Below are positions 13,708 through 27,632 of a DNA stretch of 64,000 nucleotides, piece by piece. The DNA lies in contig JBHGNT010000016.1 of the NCBI GenBank assembly GCA_043228905.1, positions 2,976,001-3,040,000 of the forward strand, written 5' to 3'. Each line of letters opens with the position of its first letter. The first letter of the stretch is position 1. The stretch is from Azolla caroliniana (lineage: Eukaryota > Plantae > Polypodiophyta). Position numbers and translations under genes: made by a program. The notes beneath the pieces are model-generated. The model worked only from the letters and a program-made list of their open reading frames with translations. It was not told the origin of the DNA and made no database searches.

Positions 13708-15064
13708 ACTATTGTAAAGTTGGGTAATTAAAAGTCATTAAGAAAAATAAATAAAAGAAAAACTAAGGATTAATGACAATTATTAACATCATTATTAGCA
13801 ACTAACATTAGAGAAAGCACATCAATCTTAAAGGAACGGAGGTCACAAAACACATGGCTTTATCTACAGTTCAGCCAAGCCTACAAAGAAATTATTTTGT
13901 AAAAGTTAGTAGTTGAACGAACCGAAGCATGCATATTAATAAACATTAATAGGAAAAACCTCCACCAAGATCATGGACTAATTGGTTAAGATGTTGCTCA
14001 CAAAACTTACATATATTGCTCGAGTCTGAATATGATTGATATGTCAAAAGACTTGCCTAAGAGAGTTGGCACTCAGAGTCTCCCTATCAACATACACCCA
14101 TGACCAAAACTCCAAACTTAAGGATGTCGGTTATGATCAGCGAGCATCAAAGCTTTGAATTGAGCCGTGTAACGTATCTCAGATTATTCACCACAGACCT
14201 TGTAGGACTCTGATGTTTTGGAAAGTGGATAAAATCCCCTGTTGGGGATCATTATACACCAAGTCTAGGAACAAAATAGATATATTAGCTATTTATATTG
14301 TGAAATGCACATAAGACCACAATATCAACGAGGCTAATTAATGTGTTAATGAGGATTATGCTACAAAACTCGAGCAATTAATGAAGTTGTTTTCTTAATT
14401 AATGAGGATTAAACTAACCAACATCAGATACCATGGACTCAAATATTGCAAATGAATTTAAACAAGCATGTTAAGCAACAGGGCTGGAGATACAAACAGC
14501 CCATGAAAGGTTCAATGGGATATATTGCAGGGCCATAATGCAGTGCAAATCCAAGTTCAGATTGTTCTTTGCAACTCAAGAACATGAATTGGAATCGTTA
14601 GTAATTGCAGATCAACATGCCACAATGAATATGTACGTGGGCCTGTACATGCCTCCTATCACACTCTGGGAAATGGTTTCACCAAAAGCATCGACCAGAG
14701 ATCACTCATTACTAAAGTGTTCCACGCCTAGTTGAGTGGCCAATTTTGGTATTGTGGAGAGGGGGGTAGGAGGGGAGAGACGAAGGTTAAGAAACTATGG
14801 ATGAGTTTTAAACCAGAAGGTCAGGTGTTCAACCTCTACATTCCATGCCAGAAGGAACTCGAATTAGTTTACTCTGGAAATAATATTAGTTTTTTTAATT
14901 ACTGTTTTGATTTTTTGGACAAATATGTTGTGTGGCATACATGCATCCAATAAGCTAATTTCATAAGATTCTTTTTCTTTTTCTACTCCACATCATTGTG
15001 TAAAGTTCCTGGAGGGTGGGATTGTGATGTTGCATAGAACAGGAGGGATTCATAGTTTTCAGGG

Positions 15065-18000
15065 TCACCAATGATGCCATTGTTGTGAATCAGCACCCTC
15101 ATCAAAACCAGGATATGGATCAAATAAACTGAAATCAAGTTGCTTGACATGTTTTGCTTTTCTACGCTTATCGAAGTCTACCCATCCATCTACCTGAGAA
15201 GCAAGAAACTTGCAACCATGAGAATATATAACAATCTATTTTGAGAGAAATGCCTGAAACATATCCTCACATCTAAGCTATTTTGACTATACTTCAATTG
15301 TTCTCAGGCACAGATTAACAAAATTTAATTGAGTATCATAAAGTAATGAAGAATCCCACCTCTCTAAGTTCTTCAATTGTTAAATTGTTCTTGTGCAAAG
15401 AAAGTGTGGAGAGCTCCACACAACCTTTAAGGATCTCACTGGGAAAGGAATGAATTGCATTGTATCCCAAGTTCAATGCCTGAATGCCCACAAATATGAC
15501 CATGTTTTTTCACACAATTAATACATTCTGTTAACACGGTTATTCAGTATAAAACTTTTATCTACCTTCAATCTTTTGAGTTGACCTAGAGAGGATGGAA
15601 GCCCTGTTAGTCGATTTGAAGAGAAATCCACCTTTAAAAATTATGAGAACAAAGAATCAGCAGAACAGACAGGCCAAAATTTAAAAGACATACCAAAATT
15701 TAGGGGTTTTAGAATTTACTTATCGAAGAAATACTCCCACATAGATAAGCATACAATGAGTTTCAGAGGTATGATACCTTAATTCAGTCTACTGTATGTG
15801 TAGATAGTAGGCCTAAATGTAGATAGTTTCCCCAAGTTTACTTACATTTTTTAACATTGCTTATTAAAGCTTTTTGCTCCCTTTTTATGAAACCCAGGAC
15901 ATGTAGATAGTTTCCCCAAATTTACTTCCATTTTTTAAAATTGCTTATTAAAGGTTTTTGTTCCCTTTTTTATCATGGAGAGATGATAAGCAAGGAGCAA
16001 CATGCTGATACAGAATCAACACTTATCAAAACAACATATACAGAAGAGAATGAGTTCATTAGCAGTGGATTTTACAAATATACAAAGAAGCTATGTATCT
16101 AGGATGGTCTACATGTGTTCTACACTTCCCAAGAAATAAAAAGCATTTTCAATCAGCAGAAAAATTACCTCAATCAATAGACAGCATCGACCTATTGACG
16201 ATGGCAGATCAACAATGCTGCAAATACAAAAATTGAATTCATTTAAAAAAGGAAGTAACACACCAATTACATAGTTTACTCTCATCTCACTGCAAACTTT
16301 TTTGTATTGATTCTACCTATTGTGACGCAAATTTACTGTTTCAAGTTTTGATAGATTGCCTATATCATCTGAAATATTCTGCAACATATTGTGGGCAATG
16401 GAAAGATGTTTGAGCTCTGAAAGCAGGCCAATTTCCGAAGGAAAAGAAACCAATCTGAACACAAGTAGACAAAGAAAGGAAGCATAAGAAATTTGAAAAC
16501 TTGCAGCCTCTGTCTTCTTCAGGAAAGGTTTAGAATGGACACTTACTCATTGTAATCTAGAGAGAGAACTGTCAGTTGTCTGAGCATCACGACTCCTTGC
16601 CATTGTATTTGGTCATGTCGCAAGTGATTTCGATCTATACGCAATTTCTGTTCCGTATTTATAACACCAATGTTTTATGCTTCTCAGCCAACGAAGAAGG
16701 GACCACACATAAAAACGTATTAATAAGAGTTACCTTCAAATTTATAAGATTGGAAACATCCTGTGGGAATATTTCTAGCGAGTTCCGAGCCAAATCTAAA
16801 ACACGAGCTGATGCACCAGTTTCCCATACCTCAGTTGGAATCACCTAACAGGAAAGGATGTGGTGAATTGAATAGTAATGTTTAATATACGCATTAAGAA
16901 GATCATAAGGATTCAGCAAATACCCACAAACATACACTAACCATCAAATATCTCATATCTACAGAAAAATCCAAAACAGGATCAGGCGCTTTTCTCATGC
17001 TTCATTGTTTCAAATGACCATAATGGACCTCTATGGCATGAAAAATACCATTACTGAGCAACAGACAAACATGCACTCAGACATATCCTGTATCTGGTTT
17101 TTGAAAGCTATGTATTCATGGAATGCACCATGAACACCGAAGTTATCAGTACATCTTGAACAACTATGTATGTACTGCATGAAATATATTTTAAAGTTAC
17201 CTTTTAATAAGTTTCCAAGAAGATGAATAAAGTATACCTCCAGATCATGTTATGATCCACTTACCTTTAGATTCCTGTCTTGCAAGGATATTATTCCTGT
17301 CGCTTTCCAAATGTTGCTAGATGATACCATTTGAGCTGCCTTGAATCCACTACTGAGATTATGCTTTACTGAAATATCAAGCTGTTCTTGCTGGTCTGTT
17401 CTAAGCTGGATCTTGGTTTCTGACTCTTTCACTTTCTACGAGTTTCAAAAAATGAAAGAAAGAATGAGCATACTCCCTGGGAAATGAGGCAAATAAATTA
17501 ATGGTACACCAAACATAAAGTCCTGAAGAAATATCCATTTCAGCCAGATTTCCACGACAGCAGTACCAAGTTGAGTTTGAGGATGTTGGGCTAATATTGT
17601 AACTTGATTCTTAGATGCAGAGTCTTGCATTTCGTTTTATTTTTCCAGAAAGAAATTGGTATTCTAATATAATATCTTGATTCTTGACATAAAATTTGAG
17701 TACATCCTTATTTTGAACCAAAGGTGATATAAAATTCACAATAGCATTGACCTTTTGCATGACTGTGATGCATCACAAAAGAGTAAAGCGCATGACATTT
17801 GGTAGCCAATGAGTGACAATCAGCTAGAAGTAGCAGAAACAATCACTTGCTAGTCTTAAAATGAACATTTATGTGTGTATGAACGAGCAAATGAACGAGT
17901 GAGCAAGGGGAAGATAAAAGCGCAATATGTATAATTCTAGAATAAATAACCATTATGTACAAAGCTAGAAATATGTTGCCACGTAAATCTACACTATAAA

Positions 18001-21000
18001 AGTCCATGTCAAGCAGTCTAAAATTTGTCAATTCTTTCATAATCAAGAAGACTAGATACTGTCATATTAACGGCATCAATATCCACGAGTAGGTGACTGA
18101 ATCTTCATATATCCACAGTCGTTTGAAGTAATTGTAAGAACACAAACACAACAGCATGAGTTTCTGATATAATTTACTTTTTATAGAGAGTGAAAGGTAA
18201 ACTCAGAAATGCAGAAGCCTTTCACTAAGTAAATAAAGGAACTAATAAATTATAAGAAACTCATATAAAACCAATGTTCTTTTTCCATTATTTACTCACA
18301 CTTTGAAGGTCGCCTCCAGACCCAACCATCATTATTTTGGAGTCATTGGTTAATGCCGCATCCCGCAGACGAACTTTAGCATCCAGCACTTTTCCTTTAA
18401 TATGGAAAACATAAATACTTGGTTATTCTATCACTATTTGTATCACCCTTTCTTTAGAAAAGTATCCATGTATCACTATCCTTGGAAATGTGACTCCACT
18501 CCCTTCAAATGAGAGTGTCATTGATGCCATCTAAACCCACTATGACCCATTCACAGAAAGAAGAATGAGATTGCACTTATGAATTCAATACTCAAGTGGC
18601 CCAACAGCCTTTAATAAGAAGAGCAGATTGATATGACAAGAAATTTCCAAATTCCTTAAGCTAAAGACAACTTCAGCAATTGGGCATAGTTTCCAAAATA
18701 TAGGACAAGTTTCTTCTCCATATGACAATAAGAGAGAATACTAGTTATTTCCCATGGTCACAGTTACATAAAAACATATTCATGAGCTATTTGATGTACA
18801 TTTACAAACACAACAAGACTTGGTAATTCTATAGAAGTCAAACTTGAATATAAGATGTCAAGATGGCAAGGTAGTTGATAAACTAGAACACAAGATGAAA
18901 TAGAACATTTAAAGAACTTAAAATTTAGATAATTCTGATCCTTGGGAAGAGCCCAGAATGGTGTAGCTAACTTAAATTGATGGCAGGGATATAAAGAATC
19001 TCCAGGTTAAATAGGTCAATGTATTAGTTTATAGATACACATAGAATCATAAACTAGTACATCTTATCTGATATTAGAATTCACAGATGAAAATGTAGAT
19101 AAACATGTTTAATAGGAAAGGATGCATCAACTGCATTCATCAACTCCATATCGTGAAGCAAAAAAATTATCCTCCTTTAACAATATGTCAATGTCATGAA
19201 GGCCCTAGAGAATAAGAAGGCTCATGGGGAATCTGGAGAAAAACTGTTGGTCATGGGAACACCTCAGAATGTTTCATTGGCGAATATATTTAAATATTTT
19301 GGCTTCTTGATCCTGTAGAGTGATAGCATGGTATCTTCAATCTGTAAATTTAATTTGCCTTCCCTCTTGTTCCATCAATTATAGGAATTTCGTTTGCTTG
19401 GGATATGTGGAATATAGTAGGTCACTACAGTGTTCTGTGTTTCTTTTCAAATTTGATTATTTAATTTATTGTTAAGATTCTTACATTGATCAGAGGAGGC
19501 TGTTGAGAATCGATTCGGTCACGACCGGTTTCTTTGTATGAGAATGCGGGTGCAAAGAAAGTGAAAGATAGTGTACAAACAAAACAGAAAACACAGAGAC
19601 ACAGGTATTTTAACGTAGAAAACCCGAATGGGAAAAACCACGTGGAGTCCACAAACTCCAAAATGAATCACTATATTTGGGAGGAGTACAACGAGAAGCT
19701 CGAAGGCAACAACCTTGAGCTCTCCTTCGTCAGACGAACGGTGTAGAGTTACTCACACGCTAACTCTCACTCTCTCTCTTACTCTCAGTTACTGAGGCAA
19801 CTACACACTGTAACTATACAACAATAATGACTCACACGCCACAATAAAGTTTGCCCTAGTTGTATTTATACTTATACAACTTTCTGGCTATTTACATATA
19901 TAGCCCACAAGGGGCACATTTAGGCTATTTACAAATATCTCCCGAATCGGTCATAAAATCGATTATTCGATTTTCGGTTTTCAATTTTGGCCTCGGCCGA
20001 ATTACCCACTTACTCCACCCGATTCGGTTTGTTCTCTTCTTCCCATCCAGAGGGACTTGTTATCTTACAGAGGCTCCTCTATAGTGTAGTCTCAAGTGCT
20101 TGCATTTCTCTCAACTCTCCATGTTTAATTCTACATTCTACACTTATGTCTTGATTATCCTTCTCCTCTTGATTACCATTCCTTGTGAACTTTCTTCAAT
20201 TCTTTCCATACTATTCTTATCTGGAACTTTTAAGTCCACTTGACTATTAATTATCAACAGTTGCTCTCTATCTGATCATTTTTGTCATTTATATAAACTA
20301 AAGACCACATGGGACGAACCACATTTGTGGACCAGAAGACAATAACATGGACGGTGGCACCTTCAAAACTGGGTGGTCACATATTAGGATGCACGCCACA
20401 ATATTTTTTTATGAGCCACCACTAACGACAATGATGGTGGTTGTATCATAACATTAGCAACCACGGAGGTTGCTGAAGAACTACGACTCAATTTCTTTTC
20501 TGTTTCACCTCATCACATTATACCAAGAATATACTCTCCTCCTTAGCACTTATAGTATGAAGATTATCTCTGCTCACATTGAAAGGGTAATGATCCGCCA
20601 ATAGGTAATTATGCTCAACCATGTTGGCACAATTGATATCCCAATACTGCCAATGATGTTACTGTCATGGGGCTTGCCATTGTCAAAGGCCATATTGCCA
20701 CCATAATCACCGCAAATGTTACATTGTTAGCAATGAAGACATCATCACCAATGATTCAAGCTATGAGTTCAAGAGAGTGAAGAATGAGACAAAAAGCCAC
20801 TCACAAAAGAGTGCCAAGAGATGGCTGATGATCAAGCTGATCACAGAGCAATAATAGGGCCAACAGTTGATAGCCAATTGCTGAACCGAGCAGTGGACAA
20901 TAGCCAATAACTGAGCAATAACCAGCCTGACAATCAATCGTCAATCACCGAGGACTGAACCATGGCTGAGTCAATCAAGGATTGCAGATAGAAAATGGTG

Positions 21001-22816
21001 GATAGGCATGACCAGAGCATGAATATGAGAACGAAGAGAAGAATAGAGAGTGAGAGAGGACCAATGGATGTGTAAAATATATAGACATGGATAAAGGCAC
21101 CATTTGCCAATGAATGTATAAAACAATATGGATAAAGGTACCATTTGACATGCGTCCATTGTCATGACACTACAAAATGTCATAGGTTTTGGGGTGACTT
21201 GGACCTGTGACTTCCACGGTACATATCAGAACCTTAATTAATAGGCTGTCATTCGTATATGATATGTTTCATATTTAGTATTCCGTAGATTCATGTATTG
21301 TAACTTCTTCCGCTATAGTTATTGCTATACTCCTAGTTATGCATGATTGTCCAATAGCATACATGCATGGTAGACAAGTGACAACCATGCATAGTACAGT
21401 GATGTATTATATATAGAGAAGACATTCTCTTGTAAGAACCATTCTGGTTTAACACTACCCTTCAGTGCATCCTTGTAAATCTTGTTCCTCTTGTTTTTAA
21501 TATAAATTTCTTTTCTTCTTGCTCTCCTTTTGGATTCAGTCTAGCTTTTGGCTTTGGCCCATGACAACCGTGGTCAAATGGGCAAGGCATTTGATGGTGT
21601 GTCAAGGGAGTTGTGGGATCAACCACTTTGAAGACGCTGTCACACAAGCATGCCAGGTATTATCCATCCGACCGAGTCGCCGAGCGGAATTGGTGCATTT
21701 TGTAACCCTTAGTTACATAACTTATTGGATATAGGACATAGGTTTGGAAGAGTTCAAGCTTTGGATATCCCAGTCTTCAGAGTGAGGACTTTGTAATGAA
21801 TGGACCTCCCTTAGTTCTTTCACCTCATCATGACTTGCGAACTATAGACATATGCCAAATGCATAGCTCATATTGTGTGTCTCTCTCTTTTCATTATTCC
21901 AATATAGCTTGGACTCTACCCATCTAAACATGACCAAAGTGGAAACGAATAGAGGGATCAGAACTGATATCATTAATTTGGAAAACAAGGTAACATGGAT
22001 CAGCCCCAAAGTATCACTTGGTACGAAGACGGCCCACTACAAGCCACTTTTTACACACATTGGAGGATGGATTCATCATCAGGCCACCTTATATGGACAT
22101 ACACCTATCATATGAGCTGCACAGTGTAATAGGGCAGCTGGGAACTTCATCACATCAGTTACGGATTGAGGTGGGCAGATATACACAAATACCCCTAGAA
22201 GAAAGATCAAGGAGTGGAATCCGAAGAAAACTATGTATGCCACTGTAGTGTCTTTTATGAAAAGAGAGGGAGATACCATTGCCTCTTTAAACAAGGCTTT
22301 GGCCGACTACGCAAGGTAATGGAATATGAGGACCAATGGTGCCTAGGCCTTTTCTTGCTAGAACTCAAGAGACACAGGGACAAGTTGTTGAAGGACAATA
22401 GTACAGCCACACAAGCTTATCCACCAAGAACAATCACAACTTTCTTTAGCCATATCATTCCTATTAATGCTACAAGTCAATCAAAGGACACACAAATGGG
22501 CTCCTGAACAAGACATAACAAGCGGGTTACAATAGATCGGGCAATAGCAATTTGTTGAGCATGTCGGCCCCGGCCCCGCGGACCACGACCTCACCACCCT
22601 CGTCATCGACAGATAGAGGCCATTATCTCCCACCATCGCAGGTGCTTCCCTTGCTTTGGAGACCTCTCCATTCTGGATCAACTTATGCTAGAGATATTTC
22701 GAAGACAAAAGCTATAATATATCTAACTGGAGAATCTTACATATCAAAGACGAGACAACACTTAAGATGTAATTTCTTGTTTGGTCATATTGGCCATTTT
22801 GGCCTCTTAAAAGATG

Positions 22817-22847
<31 letters not shown>

Positions 22848-25580
22848 TTCTTTCTTTCTTTCTCTGGCTCTCTTCTTCCTTGTTCTCCTTTGTTACGTCA
22901 TTCAGTTGTCAGCTGAGCCGCCATGGCTCCACCTACTTCAATAGTAATAAGCTAAGAGCATAATTTCTAAGTTGTAAATGCCTATAATACCCCCTCAGAA
23001 CCAACTTGGGTCCAACAAACAAAAACTTTAACTATACACCTGGATGCCTCTAATTGTATGAACAATATATTCTCCTGTACACCTTTGGTGAAGATTTTCC
23101 TAGCAATGTTTGCAGATGGACAATACTTGAGTTGCAAATCTCACCAACAAGAACTCATTCATGAGCATAACGATATTGTACCTCAATATAGGTCTTAAAA
23201 TACCATAAAATGCAAATGTATTGTTCCACACCACACGTGTACGCAATCATACTAAAAACCCTTGGTTACAACAATTGGAACTTGATGAGAGTCGCATAGG
23301 GGGATGTTGTGGCCTCTTGAAGAGAAGAGTGAGGTGAATCAATCTTATTGCCCTTTGTGCGCACTTTACGTTATTAAACGGAATATTGGAAATTACATGA
23401 GAATCAAGAAATGGGACACAACACAATAAAGAGAATGAGCCTCGTAATAAACCAAAAGAATAATTGGTAAGTTTCAAATGCCTTCAACACCCCCCTCAAC
23501 AACATAATGATATTGCACCTCAATACATGTCCCATATCAGGTGACTCAAGTTCCTTGGTTCCAGCCTTTGGAACTTGATGGGAGCCATCCTAAGGGATGT
23601 TTTTATCCGTCAAAGGTTAGGGCAAGGTGAACCAAATTTACATGGGTGTCATATGCACTGTAGCTCCAGTATCTACAATCCAGCAACCTTACTAAGCGGA
23701 TATCAGGGACATGTTGAAGTAGCAACCGAGAGGAAATCATTTGCTAAATTAACTTTCACGACCAATCTAGAGTAATGCTACTCTATAAGGAGCTAAATTT
23801 TGATCTTCAGTAGATCTATGCCAAATACTCCATTACATAAACGTGTCAAAGTGTTTAATATTCCTAAACTCCTTTAACATATGATATGTATAATGTTACC
23901 AGGATGGAAGTTATAGCAGTATTCTCTGATGGTATTTAGTCGATATTGAATAAGAAAGATTTGAAGTCATGTCATGATTCAGCTGGTGATTCAATAAAGT
24001 CAGTAATAAACTTGAAAATTTTGAATAAGATCAAGATTCAGATATACTGTAACTTCTATAATAAATTCTAGAGATATGATCATGAGAAGGTTGAACTCTA
24101 TGTTCATGGTGGAAAATCAAAGCGATTTTTTTATACATTGATGGATTATGAACTCTAAAGATAGAATGCATACTTCTGTCATAATCCCTAGAGAAACCAT
24201 TGTGAGAGAATGTAATATATACAATACATTGAGACTTTTTAATATACTGATGGATGCTAGTGCGACGACTTAGAAGATTGGGGGAAAAAATGAAATCTTG
24301 TAAAATATAATACATACTTTTTGTTGTCAATCCTAGAGAAATGATCCTGACAGAGTGGAAATATATATTAAAGAATGAGATATACATATAAAGAATTGAG
24401 ATATTTTATGCACTGATAGATGATGACATGAAACTCGGGGAAAGATAATATATTGTAAAAACATAATGCAAAATTCTGTCACAAATCCTAGAGAGTGATC
24501 CTGAGAGGATTATTTGTGTAGAATATACAATACATTCAGACATTTCTATAAGCTGATGGATGAGATTCAACAGATTAGAAGGTCAGGGAATTAAAGATAC
24601 GATGCAAAATTCTGTCACAAATCCTAGAGAAATGATCCTCATCTGAGGATGAAAATGCATTTTATTTTTCTGTGGAATACAAAAATCATTCAGAAATTTC
24701 TGCACACTGATGGACGATGATTCAACAGCTTAGAAAATCAGGGAAAAAGATATAATGCAAATTTCTGTCACAAATACCAGAGAAATGATCCTGAGAGGAT
24801 GAAATTTCTTTTGAATATACAAAGCATTCAGACACTGATGGACGATGATTCAACAGCTTAGAATATCAGGAGAAACAACAAAATCTTGTAACAACAAAAT
24901 GTATACTACTTTCACAAATCCTAAGGAAATGATCATGGGAGGATGAAAATGTATGTTCAAGAGTGAGAGATGCAATGCATTCAGACATTTCTAGGCACTG
25001 ATGCATGATTATTCAATAGTTTCGAAGATCTGGAAATACACAAACGGAATTTTGTCTACCAAATATCACAGAGAAAAAAGAAAAGAAAGTTTCTTTATGA
25101 ATTTTCTGAAAGTAAGAAGTTGAAAAGGAAAATAAATTGAAAGGATTTCAAGAAAAGAATTGTTTTTCTTCAACCAAGCAATATATTATGATGATTCACA
25201 GCGACCCTAAGAATATAAAAACATTGTAAAAGCCTAGATAAAGAAAGCACATAGTCAGGAGAGAAGAAAGGGAAGGGGAAAAAATCATGGAAACTCACCG
25301 TTGAATATGTGTTCAAAGTGAATTATGCAAATCATTGAAGAAGATTTCGAGACAGTAATAAATAAATAAAAAGTTCTTCGTACAGTGAAGGAGATTACTA
25401 ACCTTTGAAGATGAGCTTCTGAAAGCGTGGAAGTACGTTCGTAAGAGAGTGGAGGTTCGTTTTGAGTTCTTGAACGGTGGATTCGAGAGAGATGGAGATG
25501 GTGTAGGTCTGTTTTCCATGTTTGCAGTGGATCTTGGCCATCGTCATCTTCTGCACGTCATTGTGGCCATCGTCCGCCAT
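15065..25580 (-). CDS. Ubiquitin-like domain + leucine-rich-repeat protein (At2g30105-like)
   Basis: Ten exons, all GT-AG and in phase: 25580-25403, 18394-18300, 17435-17265, 16844-16734, 16647-16547, 16454-16317, 16217-16169, 15631-15566, 15479-15360, 15193-15065. N-terminal UBL (STVQELK...TNVLPRFQKLIFKGKVL), WKATGIISL, LxxLxLxxNxL repeats and C-terminal GWVDFDKRRKAKHVKQLDF...FDEGAD. Confidence 0.92.
19501..20069 (-). mobile_element. Solo LTR in intron 1 of the UBL-LRR gene
   Basis: TG...CA termini (tgttgagaat...atcttaca) flanked by a perfect 5-bp TSD GAGGC (19496-19500, 20070-20074). Orientation is inferred. Confidence 0.85.
21880..22846 (+). mobile_element. 5'-truncated LINE 3' end
   Basis: Remnant of the C-terminal zinc-binding region (LGTSSHQLRIEVGRYTQIPLEER...ESEENYVCHC) followed by a 3' tail ending in (TA)n. 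Confidence 0.7.
22990..23590 (-). mobile_element. Copia RNase H / PPT remnants
   Basis: Minus-strand remnants IEVQYR...QLKYCPSAN..IFTKG with a PPT-like cccccctca at about 22990, and a second caaca-cccccctcaa junction at about 23545. Confidence 0.55.
24060..25075. repeat. Degenerate tandem array, 7-8 units of ~120-155 bp
   Basis: The anchor aatcctagagaaatgatcctgagagga recurs at about 24063, 24184, 24329, 24484, 24619, 24773 and 24916, each followed by cattcaga..ctgatgga.gatgattcaacagcttagaa variants. Confidence 0.85.
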
Positions 25581-26395
25581 GGCGATGGCGATGGCGATGT
25601 GCAGAGAAAACTCTCGTGGTATCCCTGCATTTTTCTTTATTTCCCTGCGATGCCCCTGCGTTTATCCCTATTTCCCAAAATGCCCCTCCTCGTTTCTTTA
25701 TTTCCCGAGATGGACCTTCGTTGTCGTTACCAAAGAGATGAATTTTCTCGACCACATATCTACTTGATTGTGGCACGAGATCACTTGAGAAAAAAATGAC
25801 GATAAATGGACCATGTTTATGGTTGTTTATATTGTGGTGTGCATGTGCTCCTTTGTGCCACCCTTTTAGCTCACCCTTTTTAGGATGCACGTACCCAAGT
25901 TGAACCACCCTTTTAGCACACCCTTTTTAGCCAAACCAACCCAAATGGGTTCTGTTGTATCAACTATAAATTGATTAAGAAGTAAGAAGCTAAGTCGATT
26001 GGTTTTGATCTCTTATGTGCATTTCACATATTGGTGGAGATGCGGGGTACCAGTCCCCCACATCCAAGCATCCGCTCTCTTCCGCTTCGTAGGTAGCATC
26101 ACCCTCGCCACCATCACCGACACTCTTGTTAGTCTCTTGTAGTAGTATCTCTTCTATTAGCACCTCCTTCGCCTTAGTTCACTAGTTAGGCCTCCCGATA
26201 TCCACCGCTTCCTCCACCCAAGTCCTTTTTTGCGATCGTCATCTATACCTCTCTAGCACACAAGCCCACTACACCTTCACCTTAGGCACTCTCACCTTCT
26301 CACACCACTTTTATGCCTTGCCCCACCAACTCTTCCCCCTCACCTTAGGTTGCCCACTAACTTCTTGTCCCATGAGTTTCTCTTATCTCCCTCTT

Positions 26396-26680
26396 ACACG
26401 ATAGCCCTCCTGTCCCCCACCTCAGCCAAGTCTAGGTGGCCCTTAGTCCAGAAGAGTGATTGATCTTTCTTTGCCAAATGATCTTTTCCCTGATCCCCCT
26501 CTGACACGATAGCCCTCCTGTCCCCCACCTCAGCCAAGTCCAGGTGGCCCTCAGTCCACAAGAGCGATTGATCTTCGCCGCCATATGATCTTTCCTCGAT
26601 CCCCCTCCCACATGATAGCCCTCTTTTCCCCCACCTCAACAAAGTCCAGGTGGCCCTCAGTCCACAGGAGTGATTGATCT
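26396..26680. repeat. Three ~108-bp tandem repeats inside element D
   Basis: gatagccctc.t.tcccccacctca.c.aagtc.aggtggccct.agtcca...gag.gattgatct occurs three times. Confidence 0.85.
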
Positions 26681-27632
26681 CTATTCGCCGATTTATAGCT
26701 CGTTTTCCATTACTAGCCCTGTCCAACTATCAAGGCCAACAGTTCCACGGGGATGTCCTCAACGTCGTTGCAACTCAACTACGTGTCCATAGATGTTTAC
26801 ATCCCCACACCATCTTCACCAAACGCCTCAACAAGACCCTCAAACACGAGATGGCTCTGCATAAATCAACCCTTTTCGAGCACTCTATGGGCATAACCCT
26901 CGCCTAACACTATAATCATCCATGGATTTCCATTTGAAACCTGCCATCATATGCTCCCCCTCCTTCAACAAGCCATTGTTCTTGTTCTTGTTCATGTACC
27001 TGTCCTATTCTTGTTTGTTGAGATATCAAGCTCAACTAGTTTAATCTAGTTAGTCAACACATGTAACTTAGTAGTTACCTAGATTGAATCTAGTTAATGT
27101 GTTGACCTTAAGCCTTTAAATAGGACCTTGTACTTAAGTGGGATATTCTAGATCCTCCACTCCTTAGTACATTTAATGTAGGACTTACACATAAGTACCT
27201 ATGTTCTACCCACACATGTGCACCTTTGCACATGGGTTGTATATATACCTCATTGTGGGTATTTTTGTATGTTGATGAAACTTTTCAATATAGTCAATCA
27301 TCCCCCATTTATCTTTGTGTTCAAGTGTAACTTCCTCTCTCTCTCGCTCTTCCTCTCACACCCTCTCACGCGCATATCATACTAATCTTCCGCTGCTTAA
27401 CATAACCATATAATTAGCCTCTAATTAACCCTAGTTAATTACCTAATTACTTAACATGGTATCAGAGCGTGTGTTTTAGGAAATCCACTAAGCCCACCAC
27501 TTATTCGTGATTGTGTGTTCGAGACGCCGACGATAAATCCCGGCTATTCGTTATCCACTACTGTAGTGCCGCTACGAAGGACGTGTACACGACCAAGAGA
27601 AGAAAAACAAAACAGAAGACACAACAATCAAC

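Noticed and set aside
20663-21566. Possible additional solo LTRs bounded by TGTCAT...ATGACA
   Set aside because: No matching TSD was found for either candidate pair of ends.
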